DNA of 64,000 bases. It comes from Mytilus californianus. Its lineage: Eukaryota. The translations under genes and the position numbers were made by a program. Positions 23,548-36,800 of the stretch are shown here, one piece after another. Location of the stretch: contig NW_026262679.1 in the NCBI RefSeq assembly GCF_021869535.1, forward strand, positions 34,038,001-34,102,000. The letters run 5' to 3'. Under the pieces are notes generated by a model. That model saw only the letters and a list, made by a program, of their open reading frames with translations. It had not been told where the DNA came from and searched no databases. How positions within the stretch are numbered: the stretch's first letter is position 1; the number at the start of each line of letters is the position of its first letter.

Positions 23548-24346
23548 TATTCTTTATAAAGCACAAAAAATGTCAGTATTCACCTCTGAAGCTAACAAAA
23601 CCTTTAAATAGACTTAATTAGAAGGGATATAGTTACGATACTGCAGGTCATTCAAGATTGCATATTTTGGCGTTAATATTGATTCACTAATAGGGTCTTT
23701 GCATCGGCACTAAACACATTTATTTAAAAACCAGTTGTTGGCATGACACGGGTTGTGTTCTTCTCATATATGTTATGATGGTATGATACTAAACCCCTAA
23801 CGGGAAGGACTGTGCCTGATATTCATATGATGAAGACATAATCTTTCAATCAGTTTAATTGAAGTCTGGAGCTGGCATGTCAGTTAACTGCTAGTAGTCT
23901 GTTGTTATTTATGTATTATTGTCATTTTGTTTATTTTCTTTGGTTACATCTTCTGACATCAGACTCGGACTTCTCTTGAACTGAATTTTAATGTGCGTAT
24001 TGTAATGCGTTTACTTTTCTACATTTGTTAGAGGTATAGGGGGAGGGTTGAGATCTCATAAACATGTTTAACCCCGCCGCATTTTTGCGCCTGTCCCAAG
24101 TCAGGAGCCTCTAGCCTTTGTTAGTCTTGTATTATTTTTAATTTTAGTTTCTTGTGTACAATTTGGAGTTTAGTATGGCGTTCATTATCACTGAACTAGT
24201 ATATATATTTGTTTAGGGGCCAGCTGAAGGACGCCTCCGGGTGCGGGAATTTCTCGCTGCTTTGAAGACCTGTTGGTGACCTTCTGCTGTTGTCTGTTCT
24301 ATGGTCGGTTTGTTGTCTCTTTGACACATTCCCCATTTCCATTCTC
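23548..24346 (+). mobile_element. Family Z: RT-like C-terminal remnant plus ~650-bp 3' tail ending CCCCATTTCCATTCTCAATTTTAT
   Basis: Interrupts duplicated block C. The 5' part reads KLTKPLNRL..KGYSYDT...KIAYFGVNIDSLIGSLHRH*. A short opposite-strand copy lies at 58335-58483. Confidence 0.8.
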
Positions 24347-27300
24347 AATTTTATGTTAGCTTTGTTGGTAATAGCACAATGATTACATTGGAAGAAATAA
24401 TTGTCATTGTGCGAATCGTAATTTAATTCTTCAATTCAACTTTGTGACATGAACACAGTTTATATCACCCCTCTTTAACTCCCACGACTGAATACCATGG
24501 GCATTTGACTTAAGAAAATCATTATTTCCGTTATCTTTTATATCGTTAAACCTGCCAACGGGATTAAATAGGGCAATAGTACGAACGTTTTATACATTTG
24601 TAAACGAAGAAAAAAGGATAAAGCATCTATTAATTTGTGTCATGATCATCAACAGTATTTAATTTACACAACCAATTACTTTATAGTAAATAAAAATGTA
24701 AACACAACAAAGTTTTGCGTTCCTGTCAATATACAAAAGTTTAAACATTCCAGATTGATAAATGATATTTTTAAGGGAACAAAACTGATTGACTTAAGCT
24801 AGGTTGAAAAGAGCATCTTATCGAGGGAAAATATCGCCAGGAATAATCACTGAATAAGAGTTTCAATTTTCAATCGTCAAGTTGTTTTTAACACGATCCG
24901 GTAAATTATCTCTTCATGGTTACCCGTCATTACATCCTAGACAAGTATACTAATGAAATAAAACTAAAAAGTGATGATCACTAACAAATCAAATACGACT
25001 TTTGTCACTTAAAAAGGCTGATACAATCCTCTTGAACAAAATACAACCCTTCACCCACTCGAGGCACTCAATACATTATTATAGAAGATTTATGCAAAAA
25101 CGTTTAACAATATACCTTAAATATTCCTTTGGATGTGAAGACAAGAACAATCATTCAATCATTCAAAATAAGAAGATATTCTAAAATATATTTATATTTC
25201 AAGTTCCTTGGTTTGTCTTCAACAAAATACATGATATATATCTGAATAACGAACCTTCAAGTTTCCTTATTATAGTATGGTTTTAGTAAAGTTTTATTCA
25301 GGCAAATTGTAGCACATATACAAAAATTCACAAGACAAGACAGTAATATATATTTATATATATACTTTTAAAATAGTATCATAATATATTTTAAAAATAG
25401 TGCTTAGGAAAAAGCCTTGGATATCCAATAAAAGCATGCATAGCCTTGCAACGTTCTTAGGTCAGATATCATGTTCAAAGGTATGCCACATATAGGCGTT
25501 GTATTTAGCAATGTGTCAAAAAAATCGAAATGAAGAAAATTTACTAAAACTGTGTCTCCCATTGTAAAAAAAAACAAGTTGATACAGTGTTAAAGACTGT
25601 TGTCAGGTGCATAAATCTTGATTGAAGGAGTCGATCTCTTTACAAAGAACTTTTTTCGGTTTCAGTCGTTAAATATTAAGATATATTGTTCCAACAAATA
25701 AAAGATGCAAAAACAGAACCGTCGAAAGAATTACCAAATGAAAACAACACGTTATACATTTCATGCGACCGAAGCGCTTTTCTGGATTTACCTTTATAAG
25801 GAACGCTCAAAGCCAAGTATGTATAACATCTGGAATATTTGAAGAGATATTTGACCTAAAATGACCTATATTCTTGCTATTCATTCCCGTCCACTTTACA
25901 AGATCTACATGCACATATTTGAGTTATTGTTAATTTGCTCACTTCCTAAACAGGCATAAAACGTTTGCCTTAAAAAAAATAAAGATGTCTTTTAAAGACG
26001 GAAAATAAGCGTTTAGATCATGTTAAAAATGAAGAAATCAAATTGAGACTTAAACCGAAAAATGCTGTAGTAAATAAAATAAAGATAAATATAATATGTT
26101 TTAAAATACCACGCAATATATTTGAATAAAAACCACATATTTAATTATTTAAAGTGTTAAAACCCTTGTTTTTTGGTGAAATTTGCACCAATTAAACTTA
26201 ATGACAATAATTTTTATGAAGACATATTATCTTTTATTATCATGTTGTCTTATTTAAGGGTTTTCGTTTTACACATATACCCAGTACGCCTAAACAACTT
26301 TGTTTAAACTTACCATCTCTATTGAGGATTGTTGTCGTACTTGTTACATCATTTGTCCTTAAACTGTGTTTTGTAGTTTGAATAGTGTAATGTAGTTAAT
26401 TTTTTTTTATCTCAATTGTTGTAAGAAACTACGTGTTTATGAGGGAGTCATTGCTAAGTGACAGTCAATTTGCTATTACTAGTGTGAACATGAAATTTAT
26501 CGTTAGAGGACTTCAAATTGAATGTAATACTTTATAACTGTTGGTGCGCCCGAAACGTTTTATCTATTATATTGATAGAAATAATTGTTTAGGTGATAGT
26601 AAGTCATCGTCAGCCGGGAAGTCATTATGAAAATGTCAATCCGTTCGTAATTTAGACCGTACATTTTTCAAATTTTTCAAATGCACTTATTTTCATGCAT
26701 CCTGTTTGGGATGATCACAACAGGAAGTGAACACCAGCAAACGAATCAGTTAAATAATGAAAAGAATCTTACTTGTTAGGTTTAAATCCTAAAACGTATT
26801 TGTTTATGCATCTTTTTTATAAAATTGTTTTTTTTTAAACTAGACGAAATCCTATGTAGATGTTTTTTTGTTTGTTTTACCTTCTGATTTGGAATTATGT
26901 GGTGCGTTCTGGGCACTGTACAAAAATTATATTTTATAATTAAAACATTCGGTAACGACCAGCTTCCCCCTACCCCTTCCCTGTTGTTTTATTCGTTATT
27001 ACACATTAAGAAATAGATTTTATCTTTAGATATTATACATTCATTGTAAATACGAAAAATGTAATACTATTTCTTCAATATGAAAAACAACAAAAACAAC
27101 AGATATATCCAGAGATCTGGTACTTAAATAATTTTCTGAGTGATAACTTTTAATTAACCATACACATTAAAAATAATAATTTCTAAAAAACACAGTTTGA
27201 AGACTTGCTCAGTTTTTATTCTTATACTTCTTCTACTTTTATCTCTTCTTCTTCCGGGTTTCTCGCATCTGCACTTGTACGCGTCAGTTCTTAGAATCCT

Positions 27301-29199
27301 AATATTACTTTATTTGAAAACTGAACGTCCTTTTTGACCATAAAGCACAACATTTACCCACTTATATCAACAAAAATTAAAATTTAGTTTGTCAACGTTT
27401 TGACAATCACTATGTGCTTCTATTATGGCAGGGATACGTCTAGAGTTCACAAAAAAAGCACGATTTTTTTTTATATGCATATTATATCTTTGTTTGTATC
27501 ATTTTTATTTAAACCTCTTAATGTTATTTGTCCACCAAACAGCGAGGTAGGTAACTGGTATCTGATTTTCGGAACTCTATTGGTTAGATATTACGGCTTC
27601 TTTAGTGCCAGAAAAGTAATTTCATACTTGATATTTATGACACTTGAAGAAGTAAAAATTTTCAAAATATCCTTTTGATGATAACTTGTTTAACGTTCTT
27701 AGTGACTGATTTGATAGGATAGACAGTACTAAAACCGACAATTTATCATTATTTTTTTTATTATGAACACTTATTCAATCTTATCTTCATTTTTACCGTT
27801 TACATATTTTCCCATGTTAAATGTAATATTTGTTGCAGGGTTTAATACAACCGAAGATAATTTCGTAATTATTTCGTTTTAGTTTTTTATGTCATTTTTG
27901 TTTTTATTTCCATCTACTTTGTTTTAAAGATTTGATTTAAAGATTGTAAATTAAATACTTATTTTATTGGATTCTCAGTTACTAGTATGAGTTTGGTGCT
28001 CACTTTATTTAGATTGCAATTCATATCTTATTTACTGTACCCAAGGGACTTTCGTTATTTGTCGTTATTTTGCCATGGCGTTGTCAGTTTGTCTTCAACT
28101 AATGAGTTTGGCTATTCCACGGTATCTTCCGCCTCTTGTTCCTGTTCAACATATTATTTGTTGGCTAAAACAACGTACAGGTCTTTAATTGGAATTTGGT
28201 GATGTATTATATTCGATATGCTTTTTAAAAAGTTTCTATAATAACACAATTTTCAAAGACTAAAACATATGACACATTTAAGGTAGGATTATTAATTGAA
28301 TTTTACGTTTAATTTATGTAATTATCGCATTCCTCTTCCTTTTTAGTTTGTCAATACTTTGTTTTAAAGTGTTTTTCTTTTTTGCTTGTGATTGATCAAT
28401 TTGTTTTAAAATGTCGTTTTACATATTTCTGTTTGTGATAAATAACATGATTATATTTAACTTTCGGTCACATCTACTAGATTTACAGATCTAATTACAA
28501 CTCATAAACAAACACTCCTGTTCTCACTGTGTCTAAACTACCCCGGCAAAAAATGTTTGGACTCGATGGTATCTAATATCCGGCACGGTGACGGAACATC
28601 AAAAGACAGAGAAAAGGTAGTTTTCTGTTTATTTATTTGTTATTTTTATGATATCGAAGAATATATATACATATATAACTATTTTCTATTGTGAGATATA
28701 ATATTTTCTAAAACCGTTCTAAAGTAACGGAGAAATAAGTAAAAATGCACGTCAAAATGACGAATTGAGTGAACCTTGCCTCGAATTTGTTTAATTTCTC
28801 CTTAAAATATTCACATGGTACGGAAAGAAAGGTACGGACAGAAAGATATTGACATGGAATTGCAAAACTAGTCACTTTGAGCACCTCAATCCTTGTATTT
28901 TTGCGTATGGAACTAAAGAAGTAGGTCATGTCAAAATGGAAGCACCCGGTTTTGTCAATGTTGTTTACTACACAACGACCCGGTTTTGTCTATGTATAGA
29001 ACCCGGTTTTGTTTATTTTATGAAAAATAACGTTAACACTGGTACCCTGAAACAAAAAAATAAATTAACAAATAGCTGATCATGTGGGTTTTCAAACTAG
29101 ATTTCTCAATAAAGCGTGTGGCCTAGTTTAATTAAATTGTTAAAGAGTAGAACATTTTTGTAAGATAATTGGCAAAAACGCAAAGAAATGGTAAAAATC

Positions 29200-29675
29200 G
29201 TAATTAAAGGTCAATAATTCTTTCAAGGATATCGACCAAGTCGACTTATTCGTATATATTGTCTTGCTGATCATTTTTGCTATATAACTTTTTTATATTT
29301 CAAGATAATAGACAGAAATGGAAAAAAGGAGAAATTTGTCATTCAAGGACATTAACTTCTATAAGAATTCGTGTGAGAATTTTGATGTGTATGGACAAAA
29401 GGTAGAGCTCAACATTATGAACATATCAGCCCCTGCTAAATTTTCTCTATCTATAGCTGTTTTCAAATAATAGACAAAACTTGCATCCCCCTATGTTCTA
29501 TTTTAAGCCATGTCGGCCATCTTTGTTGACAAGCTGGGGTCATCAAAAACTTTTTAAACTAGATGCCCCAATGATGAGGAGAAGTGTATGTAAAATATTA
29601 ACGGAAGACGACGGACGACAGGGGCCAAGTGATGAAAAAAGCTCACTTTTCCCTTGGGGTCAGGTGAGCTAAAAC
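29200..29675 (+). repeat. Unclassified repeat nested in the TIR element (GACGACGGACGAC...GGTCAGGTGAGCTAAAA end)
   Basis: The terminus resembles an abundant bivalve non-autonomous element (recall only). Confidence 0.5.
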
Positions 29676-29954
29676 CAACCAAGAATTCCAAACAAGATTG
29701 CACCGTTCTTGAATTAAAAAAAAGTCTAACATTTCATAATTAAGGCTTACACGAACGAAATAATATAATCAGACATGGCAAAACAACTTCAATTGCGTTT
29801 TTTTAACAAAAATAAATACTACGTATTATTTATACAGGAGTGACTGAACGCACTGACAAGTCGCGACTGCTGGAATGGTCGTTATCGATATTATTTTGAA
29901 GGTCTGCAAGATAAATAATTTAATAAAACTATCTCATAAAATTAACATTGTTCA

Positions 29955-30400
29955 TGGAACCATAAAAAAAGTCAAGGTCTGATGAAACCTGCCAGACAGA
30001 CATGAACACATTACAATCATTAAAACCAACCAAAAAAAAACTTAACATTTACAAATTAATCAAGAAAATAAGTTCAAGGTCACTTAAATAGTCATGTGCG
30101 CCAGACGAGCAAATATAGTTGACCTATTACTTATGGTATTAGAGATACGGAATACGAAATGTTAACCTTGATCATAGATATCAACCATTATCAGCTATTC
30201 ATTTTGTTAGGAAATCGCTGAACCATGAAAATTAGGTCAAGGGCAATGGACATATGACAGATAGAAACATCGTTACATAACAGATCTGTGTTCGAGGTAT
30301 GTTGCAGTCAGGCCTTCTAACTTCTGACATATGAGGCTTCATACAAATTGTTCAAGCCGCCACGAATTTGCATCCCTTGGTCTCGCATTCCGACAAATCC
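29955..30400 (+). repeat. Unclassified repeat with recurring AACCAT...GGTCAAGG subunits, nested in the TIR element
   Basis: GTCAAGGTC / GTTCAAGGTC / GGTCAAGGGC recur at ~29970, ~30075 and ~30235. Confidence 0.45.
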
Positions 30401-33400
30401 AAAATATCAATGTGAATTTTTAGAAAAACATGATAACCCTACTCACATACATACAATTTCGCAGGTGTCCCTGCTTTCTTATTTCTTATAAAATTTTAAG
30501 TTGGTATACGATTTACTTATATCACATCAGTGGCGAATACAGGCGGCGTATAGGTCACACGCCCCCACCCGACCTTTGATGGCCCCAAAAAATTAAATTT
30601 TTTTTTTTACGATTTTTTTTAGCATAATTCGTGTAAACCATTGTTCGCTTCGCTACGTTCTGTGGTATGTAAGCTGTTTGAACTACGCCCGGTTTGAAAA
30701 AACCAGAATCCGTTCCTATATATTGTCAATAATATATTGACCAACGTCAATGTACGATAAACATAACACAACGGAGAGATAACAGAACCGTTTATTTATA
30801 CAACCATTAATAAACTAATCATTATTGCATTTTCTCGATGGCCTGAGACTATTATAATACTAATTTATACTTAGTATTATAGTTACAATTCGGGATAGAT
30901 ATATTTGATTTTTAATGCATGATTATTGTAATACTTTTCTCACCATAAACATTCTTTTTCTATGGCGATTCTGCAAGCATATATACATTTGTTTGATTAT
31001 CATGCCTCATAATGAACATTTAGCCTTAAGAAGATTTATTTTAAACGGTCATAGGAAATACTACACCCCTAGGTAGATTGGATTACTTATAAAGATAACC
31101 ATCCTGTTGTGCAAGAAAATCACATATCAAATGTGCGTCCTTCAATTTTTAAGACCATGAACTCTAATTTTAAGTTAAACACTAAAATTTACATAATTCA
31201 TACAACAACAAAAAACGTATAGAGAGCTTAAAACTCTATTTGCGGTTTAACCTTTATCTATCTATTTCGCAGTTAGAGTATTTTTTTTTTTTGCAAAGTA
31301 AAAATATAATTATGTTTGTTCCAATAAAGTAGGAATTCAAGTGTTTACAGATTCAAATAAATAACAGGTTGTCCTCTGTAAGAAATCGTTTTCCAACCAG
31401 CCACCAAACTCCTTTTAATTGCTGAAGTTCAATTATGTTATGCGATTATGCATTTTTTTCTTTGACAAAACCGGGTTCTGCCTTGTGAAATCTAGGACAA
31501 AACCGGATTGTACACATTGACAAAACCGGGTGCTTACATTTTGACATGACCCATTTCTTTCGTTCTATACGCAGAAATACAAATATTGAGGTGCTCAAAG
31601 TGACTAGTTTTGCAATCTCCATGTCAATATCTTTCTTTCCGTACCTTTCTGTCCGTACCATGTGAACAATTTAAGGAGAAATTAAACAAATTCGAGGCAA
31701 GGTTCACTCAATTCGTCATTTTGACGTGCATTTTTACTTATTTCTCTGTTAATCTAGAACGGTTGTAGAAAATATTACATATCACAATAGAAAACAGTTA
31801 TATATGTATAAATATTCTTCGATATCATAACAATAACAAATAAACAGAAAACTACCTTTTCTCTGTCTATTGATGTTCCGTCACCGTGCCGGATATTAGA
31901 TACCATCGAGTCCAAACATTTTTTGCCGGGGTAGTCTAGACACATTGGTTCTGATTAATGACATTTAGACCAAAACCGTCTATAAACTTATAAGTCTTTC
32001 CGGGTTGAGGACTTTACAGGCTACACCAGTGCCGATGAGCTTGTTTAAACCCTTCAATGTTATTCAATTTGAACATGATTCATTCAATTTTTATTTTAAC
32101 CATAAACGTATTTTCCCATGCTTATTTTGACATCCATGACAGGGTTTACAGTTCATTACACGTTTTTTGTTGAATTGAATTTTACATATTCGTTTATTTT
32201 AATTTTAAGATTTGATTAACATTTTGAATTTTGAAATTAATGTCAATTAATATTAATTATGAGTTTTAAGGTCGGCTTAAGTATTGAATGCTTCTTTTAT
32301 AATTTTATTGAAAAAATGTTGATAGAAGCACATTTTGTATGAAGCGCGGAAATGTTACTTTTATTGCATATTTTGTGTATTTAGAGTCTTTTTTTGTTGT
32401 AGAATATTCTTTTTTATTGTAAATCAAAACAGCAACTGAATCTTGTGACCGCCGACATTTATCAGTTATTTCATCGACATGCAAAAACGCGACTATTGTC
32501 ACACGCAGTTTCCTTCGAGTAAAAGGGATTATATTTATTCATTATTCCATAAGTGAATATAGTAAAAATGTATTAACAAATATACCGAACTGCAAGGTAA
32601 ATTGGAAAAGGGGGAAGTTCATAAAACCTTAAAATTGAATAAACTGATACACAACGTCAGCATTTAGAATATATTACTCAAGACCATCCAGCATTATTTA
32701 GGTTCTTTCCGATGAACGTTTTGAGACTAAAGGCGAAACGTTCTTCGACAAAACCCTTGCGATTTATTTATCCGATGACGGTTTACACAGACTGAGTAGC
32801 TGAAAGCTCTTGAATTTCGTATGAGAAACGTACACTACGTACACGGGGGAATATTATTGCCAAGGTGAGGATAATTAATAATTTCAAAATTGAAATCGTC
32901 TAGTCTGAGCTTTTGATTTTGTCATTTTATAAGGGACTTTCCGTTTTGAATTTTCCTCGGAGTTCGGTATTTTTGTTATTTTACCTTTTGCTATAGATTT
33001 AAGTACTGAAATGACCACTGTATTCAAATTCGATGTATGTTTTAAAATGAGGCAGAGGAATCTGTATCTGTGGTTTCTTAAATAACTAGTTCTGGAGGAT
33101 ATTTATGGGACCCGATCAGAAAGGTTTAGAATCTTAATGGAAAGACCACTATCAATATATGGAATTAAATTTAGTTATAATGATATCAATATTAATAATA
33201 ATGATTATAAAAAAAAAAGAAACAGAGGAATAATAAAATGTCACCAGAGTTCGGGGTGAAATGGAACTAATAGTATTAGTTGTAAAGATTATAAATATGT
33301 AAATTCAGAACAAGAAGAATAAAAACAGGAAGAGATGAAGAAGAACTAAGTAAAATCAATAGTTCTTATTACTTTGTCAGGGAAAACTTATCATTACTTA

Positions 33401-33819
33401 GAAATACAGTAATTCTTCATGCTTCGTTAAGATGACTAATCAAGCGCAATGTGGCATCTGATCAGTGTCGTAAAAGAACCGGAAACTGCTTTCACGTCGT
33501 CAAATGTTCCATGCTATGACAGTAGAACATACCTTTTATGTATCGTAAAAACTAATGGTTTGACTGGTTTTTTTTCGTAATTATTTGTTGGATTTTTCGA
33601 TTTTCTCCATCTTTATATGAGATGACATGAAACGCTATCAGTTTTTGATATTACCAACTCGTTTTCATTTCTAGTCTTGACTGTTTTAATTTTTTTCTGG
33701 AATTTTCCTTCTGTATGTTATTTCCGAATCCCGTGACGTGCAGACTGAAATTGGTACCACTCAATTATATTGATAATAATTGAATTCTAGAAAACCTTTA
33801 ATTTACATAATTGTCTCAT

Positions 33820-36800
33820 TAGACTTAATATTGTTCAAATGATTAATTTTTTCTTACTATGGCAGATTAATTTTGCTAAAGCGTTATAAAATATTCATTT
33901 TTCTACATGAGCTGTTACTATGCTGGTTCGAGCATCTGTAATTTTGAAAATGCATGACGCTAAGACCAGTTCATGTGCAATAGATTAATTTTAGAATGCA
34001 AGCACAATTTAAAATAAGGAGACGTCGTATGATTACAAATGAGACAACAACGTTATCTAGAAGATAATCGTCTAAATTGAGCCACTGTTATGCATAAAGT
34101 GGTTAAAGGTAGGTAAATGAATGATTCTTTACTCATGAAACTTAAACTGCGTCTAAATATACAAAGTATAATATAAAATGACTGAATAATAGCCAACGAT
34201 AAATCTTACGGGGCGATGGATCATAAAATTATGATACAGTACACTACAAAATATAATATATAACAAGTCTAAAAGGGTACAACATCACCAAAAAAAAATT
34301 AAATCACGAACAAAGTATAATAATCAAAATCTGTAAAAACAGAATCGTTGATGGACGTAAAATATCATTTTAGATGTGTATATTTCTCTTAAATTTGATG
34401 ATATATTTTTTGTTCCTTTGGTAATAAAGTACTCGTGTATTCATGTACTTATACATCCTTGGCATTCAAATTTTTCGTTTTCAGTGTTCCTGGCGATGGT
34501 AAATCCAATAAATTTTTTCGCACACACCAAACTAATAAATGGTAGATTAAACACTTGTATAATCGTGGTTTAAAGATAAAGATAAGTGGTTTAATTCCAT
34601 TCAATAGGATTGTTTATTTATTTTTTAACCCGTCTGCATGCAGGCATCATAAAACTTCGGTCAAGAGTTCGCACAAACATAAACAGGTCAGATAAAGTTG
34701 CATGCTTCAAGTATTTGCCATGTGGGAAATAAGTAGATGAAATTCTTAGTTAATTGCTCATTATGTAAACAGCTTTTCTAGCATCTTTTCAAAACAACCG
34801 TCATCAATCCCAACCCGAATTCACCTTCAACAAACAAGGACAAGGGAAAAAACTCCACAAATAAACCTTTGGAAATATTTCACTTGTAATTAAAAATTTT
34901 CATTCATTGTCCAAGCATGTTTCATTTAACATCAACTCAACACCCGTCACGTGGGGTCTGGTCTACTACCACGCAAGGGCTGAATGAAACTGCGCTTTGT
35001 CATTCTTTCGATCATCTGTGTTGTTCAAGTTGAGCGTAGTGGCATGTCAGCAGATTTACTTTCCACGAAAGAACTAGTTGCCAACAAAGTCCTGGAGCAA
35101 AATAAATATTTAGATAGTTGAGTGATTTCCAAAGGCCAAAATTTGATTCTTATTTTAATATTCATAAAGAATATTTTACATTCTATCGTATCTGTAATAT
35201 CACTGGTTCCATGAGAGTTATTATTGAAATCTACAGTCTGACAGTACACCCTTATTACACTCATTGGACAGGACCCTTTAAATAAAATTAGTTACCTCGA
35301 TTGAAACAGATGTTAAAGGTCAAAATGGTTCCGCTAATGACCAAACCAGCACATTAAGAAACTTCACAGATTGAATTCTTGCGAAGATGTTATATATAAA
35401 TCAATAACACTATCAGTAATTTATGTGCGATTGAATAGGATTATTACAGCGATTTCAATTTTGACTTCGACAATTACGAATCTATCGGATGCCATAAATA
35501 CTAACTTCTTAACATTGATCACATGATATAATCGCTAGTAAAACCAGTATCACAGTTTTTAATACTACATTTAACTATTCTATCAGATCTAAGGACGTGA
35601 GATTTCACCTAATACGATTGTGGTACTAATTGGACAAACAACAAGATCTTGTAGAAAAATTAAGTCATTTTAGATTTGCCGTTATTTGTTGATTGATTTT
35701 TTATTTAAAACCCAGTGGCAAATATTTCACACATATACCGGAAGACATAACATGGAATGTATTCTGCGGTGTTCAAATAAACAATTAACAACAAAAGTGT
35801 GTTAATATGCTTTTTGTAACCAATAATCAGCACAGACTTTTGTGATCAAGAACTCAATTCTCGATATACTATTTTATGAGTTACTGATAAATGCAACTGC
35901 TTAAACCAAAAAATCACACAAGAAAGATTTTCGTCTTTCACTCAAGAAAGAGAAATTTCAGCATTAGTTTTACACATACACACACAGAAATAAATGAATA
36001 TAGAAAGTTTATTTTTTCAGTTGCTCTAAGGAGTAGAGCCAGTAACCCTAATTAACGGCCCTGTGAAGGGGTATTTTGTAAATTTTATTTGTTTGAGTAA
36101 ATCTTATGTGTATCTTTTACTAAATGTATTAGTTATGAAAGTTTTAATAAGAAGAAATTTATATCTGCTTCATTTATTATGAACTTATTAGCTTGAAATA
36201 GGAATAAATATCATTTTAGAAATTCTCCTTTTTTGGCTTAATTGTAATATTTCATCAGATGGCGCCGCCCCTCACCAATAAAAAAATTGGTTGAAAATGA
36301 ATAAATGTTATAAAGAAAGAATATTTTTGTGAATAAACTCTTCATACCTTTGTTAGTAAGGGGAGGCGTTAAACTTTCAGGTTAAAAAAAAAATGCACGT
36401 ACATTTATGACATCATAAATACATCACTTATGACGCAATCGGTAGAAATCTTCTCTTTAACTTAAACAAGTGGACATTTTAACGTATGTTTTATCAAAAT
36501 TTCACAAACCCTCGCAGTAATTTTTTTTTTAAATTTCAGAGCCAAAATTTTTAGTTAGCATGGTTAGTGAAATTACTAATGTTTTTTGTGGTATTTATGT
36601 GCATTGTTTCATCTTTGCTCCTGTTTGCAGAATGTTTGATTATTCAATCCTCTAGACATGTAAACATAAATATGTTTATTTTCGATAATCAAAAACAGCA
36701 CTAAGAAATAGTCCATTTAACCACATATTTAATCAGAACATAATTCTGAAATTGTACAATTGAAGGTGCAATGTAGTTTTAAGCAAAGAATACTCCTTCG

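Larger units (their letters stand above)
28525..31947. mobile_element. Non-autonomous DNA transposon with ~435-bp TIRs and 5-bp TSD, Transib/RAG-like termini
   Basis: Left arm 28525-28960 starts CACTGTGTCTAAACTACCCCGGCAAAAAATG. Right arm 31515-31947 read inward is CAATGTGTCTAGACTACCCCGGCAAAAAATG. Arms are >90% identical by eye. GTTCT flanks both ends (28520-28524, 31948-31952). No transposase recognisable inside. Confidence 0.9.

Noticed and set aside
26755-26940. MKRILLV start after ETS/Inr-like motifs, plus a hydrophobic micro-ORF
   Set aside because: Weak donor, no phase-compatible next exon, and AT-rich DNA often translates to hydrophobic runs.
27190-27300. Minus-strand YKCRCEKPGRRR, resembling the VEGF C-terminal CRCDKPRR
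   Set aside because: No good splice acceptor, no other PDGF/VEGF exons in the window, and it lies in a low-complexity purine run.
36400-36465. Minus-strand peptide VKEKISTDCVISDVFMMS* conserved with VKEDISTDCVISDVFLMS* (~45925-45985)
   Set aside because: Too few substitutions to be significant after scanning many windows, and no supported upstream exon.
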